DNA from: Eledone cirrhosa
Lineage: Eukaryota
NCBI GenBank assembly: GCA_964016885.1
Contig: OZ024741.1
Span: 250,480,001-250,544,000 of the forward strand
Direction: 5' to 3'
DNA length: 64,000 nt
How positions within the stretch are numbered: the stretch's first letter is position 1; each line of letters begins with the position of its first letter. Both the position numbers and the translations under genes were made by a program. Shown piece by piece: positions 1 through 13,954 of the stretch. The notes below the pieces were generated by a model that saw only the letters and a list, made by a program, of their open reading frames with translations, was not told the origin of the DNA and did no database searches.

Positions 1-3000
1 GGTAGATAATATGTAAAATAAAATCAGGGGGAGATAATTTGTAAAAAAAAAAATCAGGGGGAGATAATTTGTAAAAAATTCAAGGGGAGATAATTTTCAG
101 CCGTCCAAGGAGAGGTAATTTCTAGCCGTCCAAGGGGAGATAATTTCAAGCCGTCCAAGGGGAGATAATTTCCACCCGTCCAAGGGGAGATAATTTGTAA
201 AAAAAAAATCAGGGGGTGATAATTTGTAAAAAAAAATCAGGGGGAGATAATTTGTAAAAAAAATCAAGGGGAGATAATTTCCAGCCGTCCAAGGGAAGAT
301 AATTTCCAGCCTCCAAGGGGCTATAATTTTCAGCGTCCAAGGGGAGATAATTTCCAGCCAGCGAAAGGGAGATAATTTTTTTTTAAAAATAACTGGGAGA
401 TTTGTAAAAAAAATCAGGGGGAGATAATTTGTAAAAAGAATCAAGGGGAGATAATTTCCAGCCGTCCAAAGAGAGATAATTTCTAGCCGTCCAAGGGGAG
501 ATAATTTCCAGCCAAGGGGAGATAATTTCCAGCCGTCCAAGGGGAGATAATTTCCAGCCGTGCAAGGGGAGATAATTTGTAAAAAAAATCAGGGGGAGAT
601 AATTTCCAGCCGTCCAAGGGGAGATAATTTTCAGCCGTCCAAGGAGAGCTAATTTCTAGCCGTCCAAGGGAAGATAATTTCCAGCCGTGCAAGGGGAGAT
701 AATTTCCAGCCGTCCAAGGGGAGATAATTTCCATCCAGCCAAGGGGAGATAATTTTAAAAAAATCAGGCGGAGATAATTTGTAAAAAAAAATCATGGGGA
801 GATAATTTGTAAAAAAATCAGGGGTAGATAATTTGTAAAAAAAATCAAGGGGAGATAATTTCCAGCCGTCCAAGGGGAGATAATTTCCAGCCAGCGAAGG
901 AGAGATAATTTTTTTTTTAAATCAGGGGTAGATTGGTAAAAAAAAATCAGGGGGAGATAATTTGTAAAAAAATCAAGGGGAGATAATTTCCAGCCGTCGA
1001 AGGAGAGATAATTTATAGCCGTCCAAGGGGAGATAATTCCCAGCAAGCCAAGGGAGATAAGTTTTTAAAAAAATCAGGCGGAGATGATTTGTAAAAAAAA
1101 TCAGGTGGAGATAATTTCCAGCCGTCCAAGGGGAGATAATTTTCAGCCGTCCAAGGAGAGGTAATTTCTAGCCGTCCAAGGGGAGATAATTTCCAGCCGT
1201 GCAAGGGGAGATAATTTCCAGCCGTCCAAGGGGAGATAATTTCCATCCTTCCAAGGGGAGATAATTTCCAGCCGTCCAAGGGGAGATCATTTCCATCCAG
1301 CCAAGGGGAGATAATTTTAAAAAAATCAGGCGGAGATAATTTGTAAAAAAAAAATCAGGGGGAGATAATTTGTAAAAAAAATCAGGGGGAGATAATTTGT
1401 AAAAAAATCAGGGGTAGATAATTTGTAAAAAAAATCAAGGGGAGATAATTTCCAGCCGTCCAAGGGGAGATAATTTCCAGCCAGCGAAGGGGAGATAATT
1501 TTTTTTTTTAAATCAGGGGTTGATTGGTAAAAAAAAATCAGGGGGAGATAATTTGTAAAAAAATCAAGGGGAGATAATTTCCAGCCGTCGAAGGAGAGAT
1601 AATTTATAGCCGTCCAAGGGGAGATAATTTCCAGCAAGCCAAGGGAGATAATATTTTTAAAAAATCAGGCGGAGATGATTTGTAAAAAAAATCAGGTGGA
1701 GATAATTTGTTAAAAAAAATCAGGGGGCGATAATTTCCAGCCGTCCAAGGGGAGATAATTTCCAGCCGTCCAAGGGGAGATAATTTTTTTTTTTAAATCA
1801 GGGGAGATAATTTGTAAAAAAAATCAGGGGGAGATAATTTGTGAAAAAAATCAGGGGGAGATAATTTGTAAAAAAAATCAGGGGGAGCTAATTTGAAAAA
1901 AAATATAAGGGGGAGATAATTTCCAGCCAGCCAAGGGGAGATAATTTCCAGCCAGCCAAGGGGAGATATTTGTAAAAAAAAATCAGGGAGAGATAATTTG
2001 TAAAAAAAAAATCAGGGGTAGATAATTTGTAGAAGAAATCAAGGGAAGATAATTTCCAGCCGTCCAAGGGGAGATAATTTCCATCCAGCCAAGGGGAGAT
2101 AATTTTTTTTTAAAAATCCAGCGGAGATAATTTGTAAAAAAAAATCAGGGTGAGATACTTAGTAAAAAAATCAAGGGGAGATAATTTCCAGCCGTCCAAG
2201 GGGAGATAATTTCCAGCCCTACAAGCGGCTATAATTTCCAGCCGTCCAAAGGAAGATAATTTCATGCCAGCGAAGGGGAGATAATTTTTTTTTTAATTAG
2301 GTGGAGATTTGTAAAAAAAAATCAGGGGGAGATAATTTGTAAAAAAAATCAAGGGGAAATAATTTCCAGCCGTCCAAGGGGAGATAATTTCCAGCCGTCC
2401 AAGGGCAGATAATTTCCAGCCGTCCAAGGAGAGGTAATATCTAGCCGTCCAAGGGGAGATAATTTCCAGCCGTCCAAGGAGAGGTAATATCTAGCCGTCC
2501 AAGGGGAGATAATTTCCAGCCGTCCAAGGAGAGGTAATTTCTAGCCGTCCAAGGAGAGATAATTTCCAGCCGTCCAAGGGGAGATAATTTCCAGCCGTCC
2601 AAGGAGAGATAATTTTTTTAAAAAAATCAGGCGGAGATAAGTTGTAAAAAAAATCAGGGGGAGATAATTTGTAAAAAAAAATCAGGGGGAGATAATTTGT
2701 AAAAAAAAATCAGGGGGAGATAATTTGTAAAAAAAATCAAGGGGAGATAATTTCCAGCCGTCCAAGGGAAGATAATTTCCATCCCTCCAAGGGGCTATAA
2801 TTTCCAGCGTCCAAGGGGAGATAATTTCCAGCCAGCGAAGGGGAGATAATTTTTAAAAAAAAATCACTGGGAGATTTGTAAAAAAAATCAGGGGGAGATA
2901 ATTTGTAAAAAAATCAAGGGGAGATAATTTCCAGCCGTCCAAAGAGAGATAATTTCTAGCCGTCCAAGGGGAGATAATTTCCAGCCAAGGGGAGATAATT

Positions 3001-6000
3001 TCCAGCCGTCCAAGGGGAGATAATTTCCAGCAGTGCAAGGGGAGATAATTTCCAGCCGTCCAAGGGGAGATAATTTCCATCCTTCCAAGGGGAGATAATT
3101 TCCAGCAGTCCAAGGGGAGATAATTTCCCGCCAGCCAAGGGAAGATAATATTTAAAAAAATCAGGCGGAGATAACTTGAAAAAAAAATCAGGGGGAGATA
3201 ATTTGTAAAAAAATCAGGGGGAGATAATTTGTAAAAAAAAAATTAGGGGGAGATAATTTGTAAAAAGAATCAGGGGGAGATAATTTGTAAAAAAAAATCA
3301 GGGGTAGATAATTTGTAAAAAAAAATCAGGGGGAGATAATTTGTAAAAAAAAATCAAGGGGAGATAATTTCCAGCCGTCCAAGGGAAGATAATTTCCAGC
3401 CCTCCAAGGGGCTATAATTTCCAGTGTCCAAGGGGAGATAATTTCCAGCCAGCGAAGGGGAGATAATTTTTTAAAAAAAATCAGGGGGAGATTTGTAAAA
3501 AAAATCAGAGGGAGATAAATTGTAAAAAAAATCAATGGGAGATAATTTCCAGCCGTCCAAAGAGAGATAATTTCTAGCCGTCCAAGGGGAGATAATTTCC
3601 AGCCAAGGGGAGATAATTTCCAGCCGTCCAAGGGGAGATAATTTTTAAAAAAATCAGGTGGAGATAATTTGTAAAAAAAATCAGGGGGAGATAATTTGTA
3701 AAAACAAAATCAAGGGCAGATAATTTCCAGCTGTCCAAGGGGAGATAGTTTCCAGCCGTGCAAGGGAAGATAATTTCCAGCCGTCCAAGGGGAGATAATT
3801 TCCCTTTTAAAAAAATCAGGCGGAGATTGTAAAAAAAATCAGGGGGAGATAATTTGTAAAAAAATCAGGGGGAGATAATTTGTAAAAAAAAATCAGGGGG
3901 AGATAATTTGTAAAAAAAATCAGGGGGAGATAATTTGTAAAAAAAAATCAGGGGGAGATAATTTGTAAAAAAATCAGGGGTAGATAATTTGTAAAAAAAA
4001 ATCAGGGGGAGACAATTTGTAAAAAAAATCAGGGGGAGATAATTTGTAAAAAAAATCAAGGGGAGATAATTTGCAGCCGTCCAAGTGGAGATAATTTCCA
4101 GTCGTCCAAAGAGAGATAATTTCTAGCCGTCCAAGGGGAGATAATTTCCAGCCGTCCAAGTGGAGATAATTTCCAGCCGTCCAAGGGGAGATAATTTTTT
4201 AAAAAATCAGGCGGAGCTAATTTGTAAAAAAAAATCAGGCGCAGATAATTTGTAAGAAAAAATCAGGGGGAGATAATTTGTATACAAAATCAATGGGAGA
4301 TAATTTCCAGCCGTCCAAGGCGAGAGAATTTCCAGCCGTCCAATGGGAGATAATTTACAGCTGTCCAAGGAGAGGTAATTTCTAGGCGTCCAAGGGGAGA
4401 TAATTTCCAGCCGTCCAAGGGGAGATAATTTCCAGCCAGCCAAGGGGAGATAATTTCCAGCCAGCCAAGGGGAGATATTTGTAAAAAAAATCAGGGAGAG
4501 ATAATTTGTAAAAAAAAAATCAGGGGTAGATAATTTGTAGAAGACATCAAGGGGAGATAATTTCCAGCCGTCCAAGGGGAGAAAATTTCCATCCAGCCAA
4601 GGGGAGCTAATTTTTAACAAAAAATCAGGCGGAGATAATTTGTAAAAAAAAATCAGGGGGAGATAATTAGTAAAAAAAATCAAGGGGAGATAATTTCCAG
4701 CCGTCCAAGGGGAGATAATTTCCAGCCCTACAAGCATCTATAATTTCCAGCCGTCCAAAGGGAGATAATTTCCAGCCAGCGAAGGGGAGATAATTTTTTT
4801 TTAAATTAGGGGGAGATTTGTAAAAAAAATCAGGGGGAGATAATTTGTAAAAAAAATCAAGGGGAAATAATTTCCAGCCGTCCAAGGGGAGATAATTTCC
4901 AGCCGACCAAGGGGAGATAATTTCCAGCCGTCCAAGGAGAGGTAATTTCTAGCCGTCCAAGGGGAGATAATTTCCAGCCGTTCAAGGGGAGATAATTTCC
5001 AGCCGTCCAAGGGGAGATAATTTCCAGCCGTTCAAGGGGAGATAATTTCCAGCCGTCCAAGGAGAGGTAATTTCTAGCCGTCCAAGGGGAGATAATTTCC
5101 AGCCCTCCAAGGGGAGATAAATTCCAGCCTCCAAGGGGAGATAATTTCCAGCCAGCCAAGGGGAGATAATTTGTAAAAAAATCAGGGGGAGATAATTTGT
5201 AAAAAAAATCAGGGGGAGATAATTTGTAAAAAAAAATCAGGGGGAGATAATTTGTAAAAAAAAATCAGGGGGAGATAATTTGTAAAAAAAATCAAGGGGA
5301 GATAATTTCCAGCCGTCCAAGGGGAGATAATTTTCAGCCGTCCAAGGAGAGGTAATTTCTAGCCGTCCAAGGGGAGATAATTTCCAGCCGTCCAAGTGGA
5401 GATAATTTCCAGCCGTCCAAGGGGAGATCATTTTTTAAAAAATCAGGCGGAGCTAATTTGTAAAAAAAAAATCAGGCGCAGATAATTTGTAAGAAAAAAT
5501 CAGGGGGAGATAATTTGTATACAAAATCAAGGGGAGATAATTTCCATCCGTCCAAGGCGAGAGAATTTCCAGCCGTCCAAGGGGAGATAATTTCCAGCTG
5601 TCCAAGGAGAGGTAATTTCTAGGCGTCCAAGGGGAGATAATTTCCAGCCGTCCAAGGGGAGATAATTTCCAGCCAGCCAAGGGGAGATAATTTCCAGCCA
5701 GCCAAGGGGAGATATTTGTAAAAAAAATCAGGGAGAGATAATTTGTAAAAAAAAAATCAGGGGTAGATAATTTGTAGAAGACATCAAGGGGAGATAATTT
5801 CCAGCCGTCCAAGGGGAGAAAATTTCCATCCAGCCAAGGGGAGCTAATTTTTAACAAAAAATCAGGCGGAGATAATTTGTAAAAAAAATCAGGGGGAGAT
5901 AATTAGTAAAAAAAATCAAGGGGAGATAATTTCCAGCCGTCCAAGGGGAGATAATTTCCAGCCCTACAAGCAGCTATAATTTCCAGCCGTCCAAAGGGAG

Positions 6001-9000
6001 ATAATTTCCAGCCAGCGAAGGGGAGATAATTTTTTTTTAAATTAGGGGGAGATTTGTAAAAAAAATCAGGGGGAGATAATTTGTAAAAAAAATCAAGGGG
6101 AAATAATTTCCAGCCGTCCAAGGGGAGATAATTTCCAGCCGTCCAAGGGGAGATCATTTCCAGCCGTCCAAGGAGAGGTAATTTCTAGCCGTCCAAGGGG
6201 ATATAATTTCCAGCCGTCCAAGGGGAGATAATTTCCAGCCGTCCAAGGGGAGATAATTTCCAGCCGTTCAAGGGGAGATAATTTCCAGCCGTCCAAGGAG
6301 AGGTAATTTCCAGCCCTCCAAGGGGAGATAAATTCCAGCCTCCAAGGGGAGATAATTTCCAGCCAGCCAAGGGGAGATAATTTGTAAAAAAATCAGGGGG
6401 AGATAATTTGTAAAAAAAATCAGGGGGAGATAATTTGTAAAAAAAAATCAGGGGGAGATAATTTGTAAAAAAAAATCAAGGGGAGATAATTTCCAGCCGT
6501 CCAAGGGAAGATAATTTCCAGCCCTCCAAGGGGCTATAATTTCCAGTGTCCAAGGGGAGATAATTTCCAGCCAGCGAAGGGGAGATAATTTTTTTAAAAA
6601 AATCAGGGGGAGATTTGTAAAAAAAATCAGGGAGATAAATTGTAAAAAAAATCAATGGGAGATAATTTCCAGCCGTCCAAAGAGAGATAATTTCTAGCCG
6701 TCCAAGGGGAGATAATTTCCAGCCAAGGGGAGATAATTTCCAGCCGTCCAAGGGGAGATAATTTTTAAAAAAATCAGGTGGAGATAATTTGTAAAAAAAA
6801 TCAGGGGGAGATAATTTGTAAAAACAAAATCAAGGGCAGATAATTTCCAGCTGTCCAAGGGGAGATAATTTCCAGCCGTGCAAGGGAAGATAATTTCCAG
6901 CCGTCCAAGGGGAGATAATTTCCCGCCAGCCAAGGGAAGATAATTTTTAAAAAAATCAGGCGGAGATTGTAAAAAAAATCAGGGGGAGATAATTTGTAAA
7001 AAAATCAGGGGGAGATAATTTGTAAAAAAAAATCAGGGGGAGATAATTTGTAAAAAAAATCAGGGGGAGATAATTTGTAAAAAAAAATCAGGGGGAGATA
7101 ATTTGTAAAAAAATCAGGGGTAGATAATTTGTAAAAAAAAATCAGGGGGAGACAATCTGTAAAAAAAATCAGGGGGAGATAATTTGTAAAAAAAATCAAG
7201 GGGAGATAATTTGCAGCCGTCCAAGTGGAGATAATTTCCAGTCGTCCAAAGAGAGATAATTTCTAGCCGTCCAAAGGGAGATAATTTCCAGCCGTCCAAG
7301 TGGAGATAATTTCCAGCCGTCCAAGGGGAGATAATTTTTTAAAAAATCAGGCGGAGCTAATTTGTAAAAAAAAATCAGGCGCAGATAATTTGTAAGAAAA
7401 AATCAGGGGGAGATAATTTGTATACAAAATCAAGGGGAGATAATTTCCAGCCGTCCAAGGAGAGAGAATTTCCAGCCAGCCAAGGGGAGATAATTTGTAA
7501 AAAAATCAGGGGGAGATAATTTGTAAAAAAAATCAGGGGGAGATAATTTGTAAAAAAAATCAGGGGGAGATAATTTGTAAAAAAAAATCAGGGGGAGATA
7601 ATTTGTAAAAAAAATCAAGGGGAGATAATTTCCAGCCGTCCAAGGGGAGATAATTTTCAGCCGTCCAAGGAGAGGTAATTTCTAGCCGTCCAAGGGGAGA
7701 TAATTTCCAGCCGTCCAAGTGGAGATAATTTCCAGCCGTCCAAGGGGAGATAATTTTTTAAAAAATCAGGCGGAGCTAATTTGTAAAAAAAAAATCAGGC
7801 GCAGATAATTTGCAAGAAAAAATCAGGGGGAGATAATTTGTATACAAAATCAAGGGGAGATAATTTCCAGCCGTCCAAGGCGAGAGAATTTCCAGCCGTC
7901 CAAGGGGAGATAATTTCCAGCTGTCCAAGGAGAGGTAATTTCTAGGCGTCCAAGGGGAGATAATTTCCAGCCAGCCAAGGGGAGATAATTTCCAGCCAGC
8001 CAAGGGGAGATATTTGTAAAAAAAATCAGGGAGAGATAATTTGTAAAAAAAAAATCAGGGGTAGATAATTTGTAGAAGACATCAAGGGGAGATAATTTCC
8101 AGCCGTCCAAGGGGAGAAAATTTCCATCCAGCCAAGGGGAGCTAATTTTTAACAAAAAATCAGGCGGAGATAATTTGTAAAAAAAAATCAGGGGGAGATA
8201 ATTAGTAAAAAAAATCAAGGGGAGATAATTTCCAGCCGTCCAAGGGGAGATAATTTCCAGCCCTACAAGCAGCTATAATTTCCAGCCGTCCAAAGGGAGA
8301 TAATTTCCAGCCAGCGAAGGGGAGATAATTTTTTTTTAAATTAGGGGGAGATTTGTAAAAAAAATCAGGGGGAGATAATTTGTAAAAAAAATCAAGGGGA
8401 AATAATTTCCAGCCGTCCAAGGGGAGATAATTTCCAGCCGTCCAAGGGGAGATAATTTCCAGCCGTCCAAGGAGAGGTAATTTCTAGCCGTCCAAGGAGA
8501 GGTAATTTCTAGCCGTCCAAGGGGATATAATTTCCAGCCGTCCAAGGGGAGATAATTTCCAGCCGTCCAAGGGGAGATAATTTAAAAAAAAAATCAGGCG
8601 GAGATAATTTGTAAAAAAAAAATCAGGGGGAGATAATTTGTAAAAAAAAATCAGTGGGAGATAATTTGTAAAAAAAATCAAGGGGAGATAATTTCCAGCC
8701 GTCCAAGGGAAGATAACTTCCAGCCCTCCAAGGGGCTATAATTTCCAGCGTCCAAGGGGAGATAATTTCCAGCCAGCGAAGGGGAGATAATTTTTAAAAA
8801 AAATCACTGGGAGATTTGTAAAAAAAATCAGGGGGAGATAATTTCTAAAAAAATCAAGGGGAGATAATTTACAGCCGTCCAAAGAGAGATAATTTCTAGC
8901 CGTCCAAGGGGAGATAATTTCCAGCCAAGGGGAGATAATTTCCAGCCGTCCAAGGGGAGATAATTTTTAAAAAAATCAGGTGGAGATAATTTGTAAAAAA

Positions 9001-12000
9001 AATCAGGGGAAGATAATTTGTAAAAACAAAATCAAGGGCAGATAATTTCCAGCCGTCCAAGGGGAGATAATTTCCAGCAGTGCAAGGGGAGATAATTTCC
9101 AGCCGTCCAAGGGGAGATAATTTCCATCCTTCCAAGGGGAGATAATTTCCAGGCGTCCAAGGGGAGATTATTTCCCGCCAGCCAAGGGAAGATAATATTT
9201 AAAAAAATCAGGCGGAGATAATTTGTAAAAAAAATCAGGGGGAGATAATTTGTAAAAAAATCAGGGGGAAGTAATTTGTAAAAAAAAACGGGGAGATAAT
9301 TTGTAAAAAAAAATCAGGGGGAGATAGTCTGGAAAAAAAAATCAGGGGTAGATAATTTGTAAAAAAAAATCAGGGGGAGATAATTTGTAAAAAAAAAATA
9401 AGGGGGAGATAATTTGTAAAAAATTCAAGGGGAGATAATTTCCAGCCGTCCAAGGGGAGATAATTTTCAGCCGTCCAAGGAGAGGTAATTTCTAGCCGTT
9501 CAAGGGGAGATAATTTCCAGCCGTCCAGGGGAGATAATTTCCAGCCGTCCAAGGGGAGATAATTTTTAAAAAAAATCAGGCGTTGCTAATTTGTAAAAAA
9601 ATAATCAGGGGCAGATAATTTGTAAAAAAAAATCAGGGGGAGATAATTTGTATACAAAATCAAGGGGAGATAATTTCCAGCCGTCCAAGGCGAGATAATT
9701 TCCAGCCGTCCAAGGGGAGATAATTTACAGCTGTCCAAGGAGAGGTAATTTCTAGGCGTCCAAGGGGAGATAATTTCTAGCCGTCCAAGGGGAGATAATT
9801 TCCAGTCAGCCAAGGGGAGATAATTTCCAGCCAGCCAAGGCGAGATATTTGTAAAAAAAATCAGGGAGAGATAATTTGTAAAAAAAAATCAGAGGTAGAT
9901 AATTTGTGGAAGACATAAAGGGGAGATAATTTCCAGCCGTCCAAGGGGAGATAATTTCCAGCCCTACAAGCAGCTATAATTTCCAGCCGTCCAAAGGGAG
10001 ATAATTTCCAGCCAGCGAAGGGGAGATAATTTATTTTTAAATTAGGGGGAGATTTCTAAAAAAAATCAGGGGGAGATAATTTGTAAAAAAAATCAAGGGG
10101 AAATAATTTCCAGCCGTCCAAGGGGAGATAATTTCCAGCCGTTCAAGGGGAGATAATTTCCAGCCGTCCAAGGGGAGATAATTTTTTTAAAAATATCAGG
10201 CGGAGATAATTTGTAAAAAAAAAATCAGGGGGAGATAATTTGTAAAAAAAAATCGGGGAGATAATTTGTAAAAAAAAATCAGGGGGAGATAATTTCCAGC
10301 CGTCCGAGGGAAGATAATTTCCAGCCCTCCAAGGGGCTATAATTTCCAGCGTCCAAGGGGAGATAATTTCCAGCCAGCGAAAGGGAGATTATTTTTTTTA
10401 AAAAATCACTGGGAGATTTGTAAAAAAAATCAGGGGGAGATAATTTGTAAAAAAAATCAAGGGGAGATAATTTCCAGCCGTCCAAAGAGAGATAATTTCT
10501 AGCCGTCCAAAGGGAGATAATTTCCAGCCTTGCAAGGGGAGATAATTTCCAGCCGTCCAAGGGGAGATAATTTCCATCCTTCCAAGGGGAGATAATTTCC
10601 AGCCGTCCAAGGGGAGATTATTTCCCGCCAGCCAAGGGAAGATAATATTTAAAAAAATCATCGGAGATAATTTGTAAAATAAATCAGGGGGAGATAATTT
10701 GTAAAAAAATCAGGGGGAGATAATTTGTAAAAAAATCAGGGGGAGATAATTTGTAAAAAAAATTCAGGGGTAGATAATATGTAAAATAAAATCAGGGGGA
10801 GATAATTTGTAAAAAAAAAATCAGGGGGAGATAATTTGTAAAAAAAATCAAGGGGAGATAATTTTCAGCCGTCCAAGGAGAGGTAATTTCTAGCCGTCCA
10901 AGGGGAGATAATTTCCAGCCGTCCAAGGGGAGATAATTTCCAGCCGTCCAAGGGGAGATAATTTTAAAAAAAAAATCAGGCGGAGATAATTTGTAAAAAA
11001 AAAATCAGGGGGAGATAATTTGTAAAAAAAATCAGGGGGAGATAATTTGTAAAAAAAATCAAGGGGAGATAATTTCCAGCCGTCCAAGGGAAGATAATTT
11101 CCAGCCTCCAAAGGGCTATAATTTCCAGCGTCCAAGGGGAGATAATTTCCAGCCAGCGAAGGGGAGATAATTTTTTTTTAAAAATCACTGGGAGATTTGT
11201 AAAAAAAATCAGGGGGAGATAATTTGTAAAAAGAATCAAGGGTAGATAATTTCCAGCCGTCCAAAGAGAGATAATTTCTAGCCGTCCAAGGGGAGATAAT
11301 TTCCAGCCAAGGGGAGATAATTTCCAGCCGTCCAAGGGGAGATAATTTGTTTAAATATCAGGTGGAGATAATTTGTAAAAAAAATCAGGGGGAGATAATT
11401 TGTAAAAACAAAATCAAGGGCAGATAATTTACAGACGTCCAAGGGGAGATCATTTCCAGCCGTGCAAGGGGAGATAATTTGTAAAAAAAATCAGGGGGAG
11501 ATAATTTCCAGCCGTCCAAGGGGAGATAATTTTCAGCCGTCCAAGGAGAGGTAATTTCTAGCCGTCCAAGGGGAGATAATTTCCAGCCGTGCAAGGGGAG
11601 ATAATTTCCAGTCAGCGAAGGGGAGATAATTTTTTTTTTTAAATCAGGGGTAGATTGGTAAAAAAAAATCAGGGGGAGATAATTTGTAAAAAAATCAAGG
11701 GGAGATAATTTCCAGCCGTCGAAGGAGAGATAATTTATAGCCGTCCAAGGGGAGATAATTTCCAGCCGTCCAAGGGGAGATAATTTCCAGCCCTACAAGC
11801 GGCTATAATTTCCAGCCGTCCAAAGGAAGATAATTTCCAGCCAGCGAAGGGGAGATAATTTTTTTTTAAATTAGGGGGAGATTTGTAAAAAAAAATTAGG
11901 GGGAGATTTGTAAAAAAAAATCAGGGGGAGATAATCTGTAAAAAAAATCAAGGGGAAATAATTTCCAGCCGTCCAAGGGGAGATAATTTCCAGCCGTCCA

Positions 12001-13954
12001 AGGGCAGATAATTTCCAGCCGTCCAAGGAGAGGTAATATCTAGCCGTCCAAGGGGAGATAATTTCCAGCCGTCCAAGGGGAGATAATTTCCAGCCGTCCA
12101 AGGGGAGATAATTTCCAGCCGTCCAAGGAGACATAATTTCCAGCCGTCCAAGGAGAGGTAATTTCTAGCCGTCCAAGGGAAGATAAATTCCTGCCTCGAA
12201 GGGGAGATAATTTCCAGCCAGCCAAGGGGAGCTAATTTGTAAAAAAAAATCAAGGGGAGATAATTTGTAAAAAAAAATCAGGGGGAGATAATTTGTAAAA
12301 AAAAATCAGGGGGAGATAATTTGTAAAAAAAATCAAGGGGAGATAATTTCCAGCCGTCCAAAGAGATAATTTCTAGCCGTCCAAGGGGAGATAATTTCCA
12401 GCCAGCGAAGGGGAGATAATTTTTTTAAAAAAATCACTGGGAGATTTGTAAAAAAAATCAGGGGGAGATAATTTGTAAAAAAAATTAAGAGGAGATAATT
12501 TCCAGCCGTCCAAAGAGAGATAATTTCTAGCCGTCCAAGGGGAGATAATTTCCAGCCGTCCAAGGGGAGATAATTTTTTAAAAAATCAGGTGGAGATAAT
12601 TTGAAAAAAAAATCAGGGGAAGATAATTTGTAAAAACAAAATCAAGGGCAGATAATTTCCAGCCGTCCAAGGGGAGATAATTTCCAGCAGTGCAAGGGGA
12701 GATAATTTCTAGCCGTCCAAGGGGAGATAATTTCCAGCCGTCCAAGGGGAGATAATTTCCAGCCGTCCAAGGGGAGATAATTTTAAAAAAAAAATCAGGC
12801 GGAGATAATTTGTAAAAAAAATCAGGGGGAGATAATTTGTAAAAAAAATCAGGGGGAGATAATTTGTAAAAAAAAATCAGGGGGAGATAATTTGTAAAAA
12901 AAATCAAGGGGAGATAATTTCCAGCCGTCCAAGGGAAGATAATTTCCAGCCCTCCAAGGGGCTATAATTTCCAGCGTCCAAGGGGAGATAATTTCCATCC
13001 TTCCAAGGGGAGATAATTTCCAGCCGTCAAAGGGGAGATAATTTCCCGCCAGCCAAGGGAAGATAATATTTAAAAAAATCAGGCGGAGATAATTTGTAAA
13101 AAAAATCAGGGGGAGATAATTTGTAAAAAAATCAGGGGGAGATAATTTGTAAGAAAAATCAGGGGGAGATAATTTGTAAAAAAAAATCAGGTGTAGATAA
13201 TTTGTAAAAAAATCAATGGGAGATAATTTCCAGCCGTCCAAGGGGAGATAATTTTCAGCCGTCCAAGGAGAGGTAATTTCTAGCCGTCCAAGGGGAAATA
13301 ATTTCCAGCCGTCCAAGGGGAGATAATTTCCAGCCGTCCAAGGGGAGATAATTTAAAAAAAAAATCAGGCGGAGATAATTTGTAAAAAAAAAATCAGGGG
13401 GAGATAATTTGTAAAAAAAAATCAGGGGGAGATAATTTGTAAAAAAATCAAGGGGAGATAATTTCCAGCGTCCAAGGGAAGATAATTTCCAGCCAGCGAA
13501 GGGGAGATAATTTTTTTTAAAAAATCACTGGGAGATTTGTAAAAAAAATCAGGGGGAGATAATTTGTAAAAAAAATCAAGGGGAGATAATTTCCAGCCGT
13601 CCAAAGAGAGATAATTTCTAGCCGTCCAAGGGCAGATATTTTCCAGCCAAGTGGAGATAATTTCCAGCCGTCCAAGGGGAGATAATTTGTAAAAAAATCA
13701 GGAGAAGATAATTTGTAAAAACAAAATCAAGGGCAGATAATTTCCAGCCGTCCAAGGGGAGATAATTTCCAGCAGTGCAAGGGGAGATAATTTCCAGCCG
13801 TCCAAGGGGAGATAATTTCCATCCTTCCAAGGGGAGATAATTTCCAGGCGTCCAAGGGGAGATAAGTTCCCACCAGCCAAGGGAAGATATTTAAAAAAAT
13901 CAGGCGGAGATAATTTCTAAAAAAAATCAGGGGGAGATAATTTGTAAAAAAAAT

